Shown one piece after another: positions 1-8,457 of a DNA stretch of 14,139 nt. Source of the stretch: Candidatus Anstonellales archaeon (GTDB lineage Archaea > Micrarchaeota > Micrarchaeia > Anstonellales > J096); NCBI GenBank assembly GCA_038740615.1, contig JAVYLQ010000012.1:1-14139 (forward strand). The letters run 5' to 3'. Each line of letters opens with the position of its first letter. The first letter of the stretch is position 1. The position numbers and the translations under genes are program-made. A model generated the notes under the pieces. That model was not told where the DNA came from, ran no database searches, and saw nothing but the letters and a program-made list of their open reading frames with translations.

Positions 1-1073
1 TCTTTACTGATTCCAACAATAGTATTGTGGTCTTTAAACTCATTTATTATACTCAGAACAACACCAAGGATACTGGGATCAATATGATCCCTCCCATCAA
101 TATACATATACCCTTCTCTCCTATCAATATTGTTTTTAGCATAGATGATAGCATCTCTAAGTTTAGATTGATAACTTCTCAATATCTCCACTCCTATGTT
201 AAGATAATCTCTATTACCTAAGGCAATCTCCCTACCTATATCTGCTCTATTTTTTCTTCCAGTAGCATTTATTATACTGGTTAATTCATTTATATCAATT
301 TCTACCATATTCCTAAGGATATACACATCACCATAAGCCTCTTCCAATTTTCCAAGCCTAGCAGCCTTCTCTATAACAGCCCTGATGAGTATATGTCTTT
401 CTCTATCATCCAGATTTTTATAGTATCTCCACTTCCCATTATCTTTCAATCTTATCCCTAAGGATCTGATAAAATTTATCGCCTGTTTTCTATCTTCTGC
501 AAAATCTTCAAACAGATATCCTAGCATTACAAACAGAGGTCTACTATATTTACCATAAATCTTAAGATCTCTCTTCTTAATGATCTGATTGTTAGAAATA
601 GCTCTGTTCAATAATTCTATATTATATTCTACAAATGGAAATTGTCTATCTCCAACAGCTCCAAGCAGTGCTGTAGCTTCGTTTATATCTGTTACTAATG
701 AGGTTAGTCCAGAAGCGGATATACCCCTATCCCCATTCATATCTACAAAAAATGAATTCAGTAAATTCCTATATATATTATTCACTCTTGGGTAGTGATG
801 ATCAATAATAATACTCTCCCCTAACTGCTCTACTATATTAGTACCAAAATCCAGTATTATTTTCTCAGGGATATCTTTAATTTTATCTATGTTGAATCTG
901 TTCAATCCATTCAGAGATATGAACTCAGGTTCCTTACCGAGATCTCTTAGGTATTTGCCCATTATAGCTCCAGCACTGATCCCATCAGTATCATAGTGGT
1001 GGATTATAACTGGAGCCTTGAAGTTCTTAAGCTGCTCTAGTAGATGTGCTTTAAATCTCAGGAATTTCTCCAT
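1..1073 (-). CDS. DHH-family phosphoesterase, RecJ/Cdc45-like (probable GAN, GINS-associated nuclease); 3' end runs off the window
   Basis: Translated by hand from ATG at 1073 (not in the ORF track): MEKFLRFKAHLLEQLKNFKAPVIIHHYDTDGISAG...ILDFG...IIIDHH...GISASG...GAVGDRQ...DLKIYGKYSRPLFVML...ELTSIINATGRKN...IVGISK. The frame is open to the window edge (357 full codons). DHH motifs I-IV (DxDG, D, DHH, D) are intact. The 'L.IYG...RPL..ML' insertion and 'NATGR' resemble archaeal GAN. Confidence 0.88.
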   Translation of the reverse strand, partial: MEKFLRFKAHLLEQLKNFKAPVIIHHYDTDGISAGAIMGKYLRDLGKEPEFISLNGLNRFNIDKIKDIPEKIILDFGTNIVEQLGESIIIDHHYPRVNNIYRNLLNSFFVDMNGDRGISASGLTSLVTDINEATALLGAVGDRQFPFVEYNIELLNRAISNNQIIKKRDLKIYGKYSRPLFVMLGYLFEDFAEDRKQAINFIRSLGIRLKDNGKWRYYKNLDDRERHILIRAVIEKAARLGKLEEAYGDVYILRNMVEIDINELTSIINATGRKNRADIGREIALGNRDYLNIGVEILRSYQSKLRDAIIYAKNNIDRREGYMYIDGRDHIDPSILGVVLSIINEFKDHNTIVGISK

Positions 1074-1734
1074 AGATTTTCCTAGCTAAATCTCCCAATC
1101 TACCCGCATACAGCACTTCACTATCATCACTTATATATACTTTAGCTTTCCATCTATCTAGCTTAGTTAATATCTCGCTAGAGAACTTACTAATTATCAC
1201 ATCGTTGCCAGGACTTATATTATTAAACGCCGGCATTACTAATACCATATCAAATTCTAAGAAGCATATATATCTAGAGGATCTAAAACCATTTGATAAT
1301 TCAATTACAGGATGCTCGTGACCGATTATCATAAATTTATCCATATCAACAGATCTATGTCCATGTAGAATTATATATTCTTTGTATTCGAAGTATTCTA
1401 GAGAATTTGTAGGGATAATTAGATTCAATCCATTATCATGATTGCCTTCTACAACATATGTGTTTTTAAATATCTGATTCGTTCTCCTCAAGAAAGATAT
1501 GAGCAGATCTCTGTCTCTTAAATTGAAACCATGTTTGATATCACCAACAATAATCAGATTCTCAGTACCGTACTTGCTATTTAGGTCTCTCAAGCTATTC
1601 AATACCCTATCAGTATTACTCCCTCTTCTCAATCCCAAACTATTTTCTATACCTATATGCGGATCTGCTATTAATAGGTAATTATCCAATACTGCTGCAC
1701 CTGTTGGATCTAATATTATATCTCTAACTTTCAT
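1051..1734 (-). CDS. Calcineurin-like metallophosphoesterase (MPE, ICC-like), Lhr-associated
   Basis: Motifs ADPHIG, GDIKH, GNHD, HGH, GHEHP and MPAFN. The start overlaps the Lhr stop (ATGA at 1731-1734). Confidence 0.9.
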   Translation of the reverse strand: MKVRDIILDPTGAAVLDNYLLIADPHIGIENSLGLRRGSNTDRVLNSLRDLNSKYGTENLIIVGDIKHGFNLRDRDLLISFLRRTNQIFKNTYVVEGNHDNGLNLIIPTNSLEYFEYKEYIILHGHRSVDMDKFMIIGHEHPVIELSNGFRSSRYICFLEFDMVLVMPAFNNISPGNDVIISKFSSEILTKLDRWKAKVYISDDSEVLYAGRLGDLARKIYGEIPEI

Positions 1735-4229
1735 TTTTCCAAATCTCTAATAATTCCTAGTAGAAAATCTCTCTTGTTTTTCACTTCTAATCTATCCCCA
1801 GAATTTGAATTGTAAATAACATTTAGGGCAAATGGTGATGGTCCATCCAAAGATACAATGTTTAGCTTCCTCTCTCTTAACATTTTCATATACTCTATAG
1901 CCTGCTCAACTCTAAGATCCATCTGCATGATTTCATTGAAAGTCTCTTTGATGTAAACATTATCTCTATCAAATCCTATCTCCTCTTTTATTCTATTAGA
2001 TATATTCAAGGGAGAGACTCTGAGTCTAGTATCTGGAATAATTGCAAACATTCTCAATAGAACATCCTTAAATCTAAGAGAAAATCGTTGGGTATCAAAT
2101 ATAACTGTTTCCAATCTATCCATAAACTCTTTGGAGCTCATCCTGATCATACTGTTGATATTTGAATTGCTTAAGTCATGATACTCAGGTAATTCCATAC
2201 TAAACCCATAATCACTTATATTTACTATAACATCCTCAGTAATATTGCTAGCAACATAGCTAAGATATGCCTTGGATAGAGCATCATTCACCCTTTTACC
2301 AGCCACATAGTGAAATACATATATATGTTGATCCTCCTCGTACCAATCTTCTACTAATATATTATCCAAATCTGGAACTACTCCTGCATACTCCTTCTGA
2401 TATTCTATATATTTCTTAATCTGTTGGGCATATCTGATCGGAGTACCTAAGTATTCTGCTATCTCTCTAATGGACATAGATTGTGCTAACTTTCTGAATC
2501 TTTCTATCTCCAAACCTATCTCAAAACTTAAAGGTAAGGCTTCAGAAAACCATGCAGGTATATTAGGTCTGTCCTTATCAACAGCACTAACCAGTATAGC
2601 TTCTTTGTATGTACCTACCATCTTGTACGGCTTACCACTCAGTACAAAAACATCACCAACCCTTATCTCCTTCGCATATCTTTCATCCAAGGATCCTACA
2701 AGTTCATTATTGTCTTTGTCTATCACAGGTATTTTGATTTCCTCAGGTATTGTCCCAGCATTCATATAGAATATCATAGGAGTTAGATTGGATAGGATTT
2801 TATTATTAAACAGATTTATTCTATTCCTTATTATATCTTTGTATCCGGATCTGAGTGTCTCTACCAACTTCATATATTCATTATACTCCAATTCAGCATA
2901 AGGATACGATCTCTTTACTATATCATAGAACTCTTCTGGAGTGAATGGTATTGTATTATATCCTATCGATATAAGATGTTGTGTGAGAACATCCAAGCTT
3001 CTCTTTGGAATAGATATTGTATCGAATTTCCTCAAATATATAATCCGGTTGATTATCAGATCCTCTAGGAAGACATCTAGATCAGTAGCTAGAAATATAC
3101 CTCTACTCACTTCACCCAGATTGTGTCCAGCTCTGCCGATCCTCTGGAGAGCTCTAGCAGCACTCTTTGGAGAATTTATCAATATCACTAGTGAGATATC
3201 TCCTATGTCAATTCCTAATTCTAGACTGGTAGAGGAAAATATCGCCTTCAGCTTCCCCTCTTTCATCATCTTCTCAACTTTAAGCCTTTCGCTCCTACTC
3301 AGACTGGAGTGATGTATCCCTATCCTAAAATCAGGGTAACTCTCGTTTATTATCCTCTGAATAGAGAAACCTAATCCTTCAGCTCCGCTTCTAGTATTTG
3401 TGAATATCAATGTAGATTTTTCCTGAACTATTCGATTTACCAGATAATCTATGAGTTTACTACTAACCTGATCGATATCATCTCTGATAAAGTCATTAGC
3501 AGTAGTTTCTACTCTTATATCATATAGCTTAGAATATGACACATCTGCAATATAACAATCTCTACCTTGGCCTACTAAGAATTTAGCAACCTCATCTAGA
3601 GGAGCTACTGTAGCAGACAATCCTATTCTAGTGAAATCTCTGTAATATGCCAACCTTTCCATTGATACAGCTAGATTTGTTCCTCTTTTATTATCAGCAA
3701 GAGCGTGTATCTCATCAACCACGAACCATTCCACATCTTTCAGGTTATTCACCATCATGGAGGAGAGCATTAGTAGTAATGACTCTGGGGTGGTAATCAG
3801 TATATGGGGAGGGTTTTTCTTCATCTTAGTCTTTTCATTTGGTTCAGTATCACTAGTCCATACTCCTACCGAGATCTCATGAGGATAATATCTCTTCAAT
3901 TCTCTCAATAAACTCATCAGATTCTTTTCCATATCGTTATTCAGAGCTCTAAGAGGGGATACATATATAGCATACACTTTATTCTTTAGTTTTTTGGCTT
4001 TCTTGAGTTTGATCAATTCATCGATTATGGCTAGGAAAGCTGATAGAGTCTTACCAGATCCAGTAGGAGAGCTTATCAATATATTTTTCCTATTTGCTAT
4101 ATAAGGAATGGCGTATCTCTGAGGAGGGGTAAATGATCTGTATTTATGTCTAAACCATAGGGCCACATCTTCATCTAATATATCATAAACCTCCGAATCA
4201 CTATAATCCTCTCTGATATATTCAATCAT
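1731..4229 (-). CDS. lhr: ATP-dependent SF2 helicase Lhr (Lhr-Core type, probably the aLhr1 group)
   Basis: Q motif TPPQ, Walker A SPTGSGKT, YVSPLRALNND, TTPESL, DEIH, SAT, HHSSL, SLELGIDIG, QRIGRAGH, and Lhr-specific GTIP, G.LDE, IP.W and SPFA. No C-terminal Cys cluster. I chose ATG at 4229; the track uses the adjacent TTG at 4232. Confidence 0.93.
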   Translation of the reverse strand: MIEYIREDYSDSEVYDILDEDVALWFRHKYRSFTPPQRYAIPYIANRKNILISSPTGSGKTLSAFLAIIDELIKLKKAKKLKNKVYAIYVSPLRALNNDMEKNLMSLLRELKRYYPHEISVGVWTSDTEPNEKTKMKKNPPHILITTPESLLLMLSSMMVNNLKDVEWFVVDEIHALADNKRGTNLAVSMERLAYYRDFTRIGLSATVAPLDEVAKFLVGQGRDCYIADVSYSKLYDIRVETTANDFIRDDIDQVSSKLIDYLVNRIVQEKSTLIFTNTRSGAEGLGFSIQRIINESYPDFRIGIHHSSLSRSERLKVEKMMKEGKLKAIFSSTSLELGIDIGDISLVILINSPKSAARALQRIGRAGHNLGEVSRGIFLATDLDVFLEDLIINRIIYLRKFDTISIPKRSLDVLTQHLISIGYNTIPFTPEEFYDIVKRSYPYAELEYNEYMKLVETLRSGYKDIIRNRINLFNNKILSNLTPMIFYMNAGTIPEEIKIPVIDKDNNELVGSLDERYAKEIRVGDVFVLSGKPYKMVGTYKEAILVSAVDKDRPNIPAWFSEALPLSFEIGLEIERFRKLAQSMSIREIAEYLGTPIRYAQQIKKYIEYQKEYAGVVPDLDNILVEDWYEEDQHIYVFHYVAGKRVNDALSKAYLSYVASNITEDVIVNISDYGFSMELPEYHDLSNSNINSMIRMSSKEFMDRLETVIFDTQRFSLRFKDVLLRMFAIIPDTRLRVSPLNISNRIKEEIGFDRDNVYIKETFNEIMQMDLRVEQAIEYMKMLRERKLNIVSLDGPSPFALNVIYNSNSGDRLEVKNKRDFLLGIIRDLEK

Positions 4230-4233
4230 CAAT

Positions 4234-4827
4234 TTATATTTCTGATAGACTTTTAATTATTTTTGTAGCACCATTTAATATCATATTAGCTCCTATTGAC
4301 ATTATTAGCAATCCAAAGATTTTATTTAGTATATTTAAACTTTCATTACCAACGTATTTCACCAGTAGATTACTAGATCTGAGTATAATGTAAGCTAGTG
4401 CCATAGCTATACTTAGAGCTGCTAGAATTTCGATCATGCTAAAATCCTGTTTGAGAGTTATAATAGTACTTATTAATCCAGGACCTGTTAACATCGGTGT
4501 TGCTATCAGAACAGATGCTCTGGACTGTTTTGATGAAGATTTCTCCCTAAAAGTTATGTTCAAGGTGTTCTCTAGACCTAGCAGAAACAGTATAACTCCC
4601 CCAGCCACTCTGAAGGCATTCAGATCGACTCCTAGAAAGCTCAGGAATGCATCTCCTACTATAAGGAAGAACATCGCTAGAGCAAATGCCAATCCCACTG
4701 CCTCCAGAGCTATTCTTCTAGCTTCTCTCTCATCCTTGTCTTGGATGGAGGATAAATATAGAGGAATACTTGCTACTGGATTTAGTATGAAGAAGAGTTT
4801 TGTAAATACAGCCAATATATTGTCCAC
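4234..4827 (-). CDS. marC: MarC/UPF0056 (NAAT) family integral membrane protein
   Basis: LFFILNP, FRVAGGVILF and ATPMLTGPG motifs, about 6 hydrophobic segments. GTG start lies 26.5 bp from the central TATA element. Confidence 0.88.
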   Translation of the reverse strand: MDNILAVFTKLFFILNPVASIPLYLSSIQDKDEREARRIALEAVGLAFALAMFFLIVGDAFLSFLGVDLNAFRVAGGVILFLLGLENTLNITFREKSSSKQSRASVLIATPMLTGPGLISTIITLKQDFSMIEILAALSIAMALAYIILRSSNLLVKYVGNESLNILNKIFGLLIMSIGANMILNGATKIIKSLSEI

Positions 4828-4849
4828 GCTGTTAATGCATAGAGATAGG

Positions 4850-4857
4850 TTTTAAAA
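4850..4857. promoter_or_regulatory. Palindromic TATA box TTTTAAAA, probably shared by marC-lhr (minus) and psmB (plus)
   Basis: Centre at 4853.5, which is 26.5 bp from GTG 4827 and 27.5 bp from ATG 4881. Purine-rich BRE-like sequence lies upstream on both strands. Confidence 0.7.
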
Positions 4858-4880
4858 TTTATATTTGTATAATTGAGCTC

Positions 4881-5483
4881 ATGGATGATAAAAATATTCT
4901 AAAGACAGGGACTACCACAATAGGATTTGTTATATCCGAAGGGGTTATATTAGCAACTGATAAGAGAGCCAGTATGGGATATTATATAGCTAGTAAAAAT
5001 GTGAATAAAATTGCGAAGATAGATGATCATATAGGAATGACAATAGCTGGATCTGTAGGGGATGCGCAATTCCTCATAAGACATCTGCAGAATGTATCTA
5101 GAATGTATAAGGTAGATAATGAAAAGGCTATTCCTGTGAAGTCTCTTGTTAATTATCTATCTAATATATTATTCTACTATAGATACTACTCACCATTTCT
5201 CATACAGCTGATTATAGGGGGTTATGATACTGAGCCAAGATTATTCAATGTAGATATGGCAGGAGGAGTTACTGAGGAGAAGTATACTGCAACAGGTAGT
5301 GGAACAACATTTGCCATATCTGTTCTGGAGAATGAATATAGTTACGATTTGTCTTTGGACGAAGCTGTTAAATTAGCAGAGAAAGCTATAAGGACAGCTA
5401 TGGAGAGAGATATGGGTAGTGGTGAAGGGGTAAATGTTGCATTCATATCCAAAGACAGAGAATTTAAGTGGATCAAGGTCTAG
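4881..5483 (+). CDS. psmB: 20S proteasome beta subunit
   Basis: 10-aa propeptide MDDKNILKTG followed by catalytic TTTIG; ATDKRAS, IAGSVGDAQ, ATGSG and RDMGSG motifs. Confidence 0.95.
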   Translation: MDDKNILKTGTTTIGFVISEGVILATDKRASMGYYIASKNVNKIAKIDDHIGMTIAGSVGDAQFLIRHLQNVSRMYKVDNEKAIPVKSLVNYLSNILFYYRYYSPFLIQLIIGGYDTEPRLFNVDMAGGVTEEKYTATGSGTTFAISVLENEYSYDLSLDEAVKLAEKAIRTAMERDMGSGEGVNVAFISKDREFKWIKV

Positions 5484-6120
5484 TGTATTATTAGATTCTT
5501 TCTATAAATACGTGAACAATCCAGATAGAGTATTAGATGTGTTAGCACCAATTCTCAAAGAGCATGCCAAACGTGTTAAAGATGAGTTACTAACATTAAC
5601 CAGAGAGAATAGATATGGTGCAGATTTGGATGAGTCTCTGAAATATGTAGATTGGAAAAACAATCTGTTCTTGGCAATTGTGATCGCTAGTGGTAAATTA
5701 AATGATTATAGACCTGATAGAGATGAGGATATTGGAAGTAAGATTAAAATTCTACTCAACATGAATTTGAATATTAATAATAACCTCTATGTTCCAGAAA
5801 CAGAACATCATATGCTAGTAGAAGATGCTATTAAAAACAACTATCCAATCAGCAATTATAGCAATATCCTAACTAAGCTGAGTTATCAAGAAGTAGAGAG
5901 ATTATATGAAATATACTCAGGTTTCTTCAATTCTGGATTATACATCGCAGAAGAGATAATAGGCAAGATTGTCTCTGAAATAGCCAGGATTTCCACAGAG
6001 AAACCAGAAGTTCTGAACAGAGATTACAGAGAACTCTATGATCTGATAGGGCAGATGAAAGAGAGAGCTTTAGTATTCAATAATCTAATAAATATTGTTG
6101 GGGATTTTCTGAGCAAATGA
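5434..6120 (+). CDS. Hypothetical soluble, probably helical protein; start uncertain (ATG 5434, or GTG 5512/5539)
   Basis: 228-codon ORF filling the psmB-alaS gap with protein-like composition. An SD-like GGTGA at 5421-5425 lies 8 nt before ATG 5434. No motif recognised. Confidence 0.7.
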   Translation: MLHSYPKTENLSGSRSSVLLDSFYKYVNNPDRVLDVLAPILKEHAKRVKDELLTLTRENRYGADLDESLKYVDWKNNLFLAIVIASGKLNDYRPDRDEDIGSKIKILLNMNLNINNNLYVPETEHHMLVEDAIKNNYPISNYSNILTKLSYQEVERLYEIYSGFFNSGLYIAEEIIGKIVSEIARISTEKPEVLNRDYRELYDLIGQMKERALVFNNLINIVGDFLSK

Positions 6121-6128
6121 TTATAAAG
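6121..6128 (+). promoter_or_regulatory. TATA box for alaS (TTATAAAG)
   Basis: TTATAA centre is 26.5 bp upstream of ATG 6150, the same spacing as the other promoters in the window. Confidence 0.6.
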
Positions 6129-6149
6129 ATTGATAGAGTATAAACTCAC

Positions 6150-8456
6150 ATGGATAAGAAAGAATTATTGATCAAGTTTCAAAATGAATGGCAGAAGCAT
6201 TATGATTTAGAAGTATTCAGGAGACATGGATTTCAGAGAAGAAAGTGTAAAAAATGTGGTAGAAGTTTCTGGAGTATTGAGGAAAGAGATGTGTGTGGAG
6301 ATCCTGCATGCACAGGATATTCATTCATAGGCAATCCAGTAGGTAAGAGAAGAGATTACGTAGATACGTGGAAAGCTATAGAAAAGTATTTTGTGGATAA
6401 TGGACATACTTCTATAAAACCATTTCCTACAGTAGCTAGATGGAGAGATGATCTGTACTTTACAGTAGCAAGTATAAATGATTTCCAACCTTATGTTGTT
6501 AATGGAGAATTAGAGCCCATAGCTAATCCTCTAATAGTTCCCCAACCTTGCATAAGATTTAACGATATAGATAATGTTGGTGTTACGGGTAGACACTATA
6601 CAAATTTCGTGATGATAGGTCAGCATGCATTCAATAAGGATAGGTTATTCTATTGGAAAGATGAGGCTCTTGAACACGATATTCGATACTTAACAGAGGT
6701 TCTTAGAATACCTAAAGAGGAAATTGTGTTTCATGAGGATGTGTGGGTAGGGGGAGGGAATTTTGGACCTAGTATTGAGTATTTCGTTAGAGGTTTGGAA
6801 TTAGGAAATTGTGTGTTTATGCAATACGAAGAGCTTCCGGATGGGAGTTACAGAGAATTAAGAACTAAAGTTATCGATATGGGTGCTGGATTGAGCAGAT
6901 TGGCTTGGATAACTAATGGCAATCCTATGAGTTATGAGATAGTATTCAAGGCTCCATATGAATATCTGGTAGCCATCAATAATATTCGAATTGATCAAGA
7001 ATTATATCTCAAGTATGCTAAGATAGCTGGGGGGTTGAATGTAGATGAGATCAGTTATGATGAGTATAGGAGAATGTTATCTGATTTTAGTGATGAGGAT
7101 CTTGAGCAAATAGATAAGTTGAAGGCCATTTTTGCCATATTGGATCATAGTTCTACACTATTGATGACCATCAGAGATGGAATGTTACCTTCTAATAGTG
7201 GAGGGGGATATAATCTAAGAATCATTGCTAGAAGAATGTTTGAATTTATTGATAAATACCAATTGGATGTTGATTTTTACAAGCTCCTGGAGTTACATAT
7301 GGATAATTGGAGTGGGCTTTTTGATTACTACAGAGATGGTATAGAATCCACTATCAAGATAATAGATAAGGAAAGAGTAAGATATGAAAATAATAAGAAG
7401 AATGTTAGAAAAGCTCTAGATAAGTATAGAGACAAGGAATTGAAGATGGATGATATTATAGTATTATATGAATCTGAAGGAGTGCCTATAGATATGATAG
7501 AAAAAGAGTTTAACATAAGAATTGATTATAATTTCTACAATAACTTGAAAAGAGATACCAAAAAGAGAAAGGAAGGGAGCGAAAGAGTTTTAGATTACCC
7601 AGCTACTGAGAGATTATATTACTATAGACCTAGAGATAGTGAGTTCGAAGCTATGGTGATTGGTATAGAAAGTGATGGGATTGTGTTGGATAGAACACTA
7701 TTCTATCCTGAAGGAGGGGGACAAGTAGGAGATACGGGATATATAGATGATGAGAGAGTTGTTGATACTAAAAAATATGGTAATGTGATTGTTCATGTGG
7801 TTCAGAATCCATCTAGATTCAGAGTTGGGCAGAGAGTGATAGGTAGAGTTGATTTGGATAGGAGATATCTTATAACAAAACATCATACTGCTGCACATAT
7901 ACTAACACAGGTTGCTTATGAGATATTAGGAGTACATGTGTGGCAAGCTGGTGCTTACAAATCACATGATAAAGCCCATATGGATATTACTCATTACGAG
8001 AGGATAGATTTGGATACTCTTATAAAAATTGAGCGAAAAGTTAATGAGATTATATTCTCAGGATTGCCAGTAGTTGTAGAGGAGATGGATCGGAATCTAG
8101 CTGAACATAAATATGGTTTTAGAATATATCAAGGAGGTGCTGTACCTGGTAAGAGACTCAGAGTTGTTAGAGTGGGGGACTATGATGTACAAGTCTGTGG
8201 AGGTACACATAATATGCTCAACTCTACCCAAGAGATAGGCTTTTTCAAAATCATAAAATCCAAATCTATATCCGATGGAATACAGAGAATAGAATTTAAA
8301 GTAGAGAGAGCTGCTCTGGAGTATTTGCAGGAATTAGAATTGACACTTAGAAAAGACGCAGAACAACTGAACACAGATCTTTGGGAGTTAGGAAAAACAG
8401 CCTTAAAATTCTTTAATAGATGGAAAGAAGAAAAAAAGAAAAGGAATGTGAGTTAA
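6150..8456 (+). CDS. alaS: Alanine--tRNA ligase, archaeal type, with editing domain but no C-Ala domain
   Basis: N-terminal CKKC...CGDPAC, ARWRDDLYFTVASINDFQP, QPCIRFNDIDNVGVTGRH, W.GGGNFGP, GLELGNCVFMQY, DMGAGLSR, PSN.GGGYNLR, TLFYPEGGGQ, editing HHTAAH and CGGTH, YQGGAVPG. Confidence 0.96.
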   Translation: MDKKELLIKFQNEWQKHYDLEVFRRHGFQRRKCKKCGRSFWSIEERDVCGDPACTGYSFIGNPVGKRRDYVDTWKAIEKYFVDNGHTSIKPFPTVARWRDDLYFTVASINDFQPYVVNGELEPIANPLIVPQPCIRFNDIDNVGVTGRHYTNFVMIGQHAFNKDRLFYWKDEALEHDIRYLTEVLRIPKEEIVFHEDVWVGGGNFGPSIEYFVRGLELGNCVFMQYEELPDGSYRELRTKVIDMGAGLSRLAWITNGNPMSYEIVFKAPYEYLVAINNIRIDQELYLKYAKIAGGLNVDEISYDEYRRMLSDFSDEDLEQIDKLKAIFAILDHSSTLLMTIRDGMLPSNSGGGYNLRIIARRMFEFIDKYQLDVDFYKLLELHMDNWSGLFDYYRDGIESTIKIIDKERVRYENNKKNVRKALDKYRDKELKMDDIIVLYESEGVPIDMIEKEFNIRIDYNFYNNLKRDTKKRKEGSERVLDYPATERLYYYRPRDSEFEAMVIGIESDGIVLDRTLFYPEGGGQVGDTGYIDDERVVDTKKYGNVIVHVVQNPSRFRVGQRVIGRVDLDRRYLITKHHTAAHILTQVAYEILGVHVWQAGAYKSHDKAHMDITHYERIDLDTLIKIERKVNEIIFSGLPVVVEEMDRNLAEHKYGFRIYQGGAVPGKRLRVVRVGDYDVQVCGGTHNMLNSTQEIGFFKIIKSKSISDGIQRIEFKVERAALEYLQELELTLRKDAEQLNTDLWELGKTALKFFNRWKEEKKKRNVS

Positions 8457-8457
8457 T

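Noticed and set aside
27..795. Plus-strand ORFs 27-221 and 589-795
   Set aside because: Antisense shadows of the minus-strand DHH/RecJ gene, which carries clear motifs.
1499..4855. Plus-strand ORFs 1499-1681, 2470-2769, 2941-3312 and 4436-4855
   Set aside because: Antisense to mpe, lhr and marC; Ser/Ile/Leu-rich shadow composition with no motifs.
7328..8374. Minus-strand ORFs inside alaS
   Set aside because: Short antisense shadows of a conserved gene.
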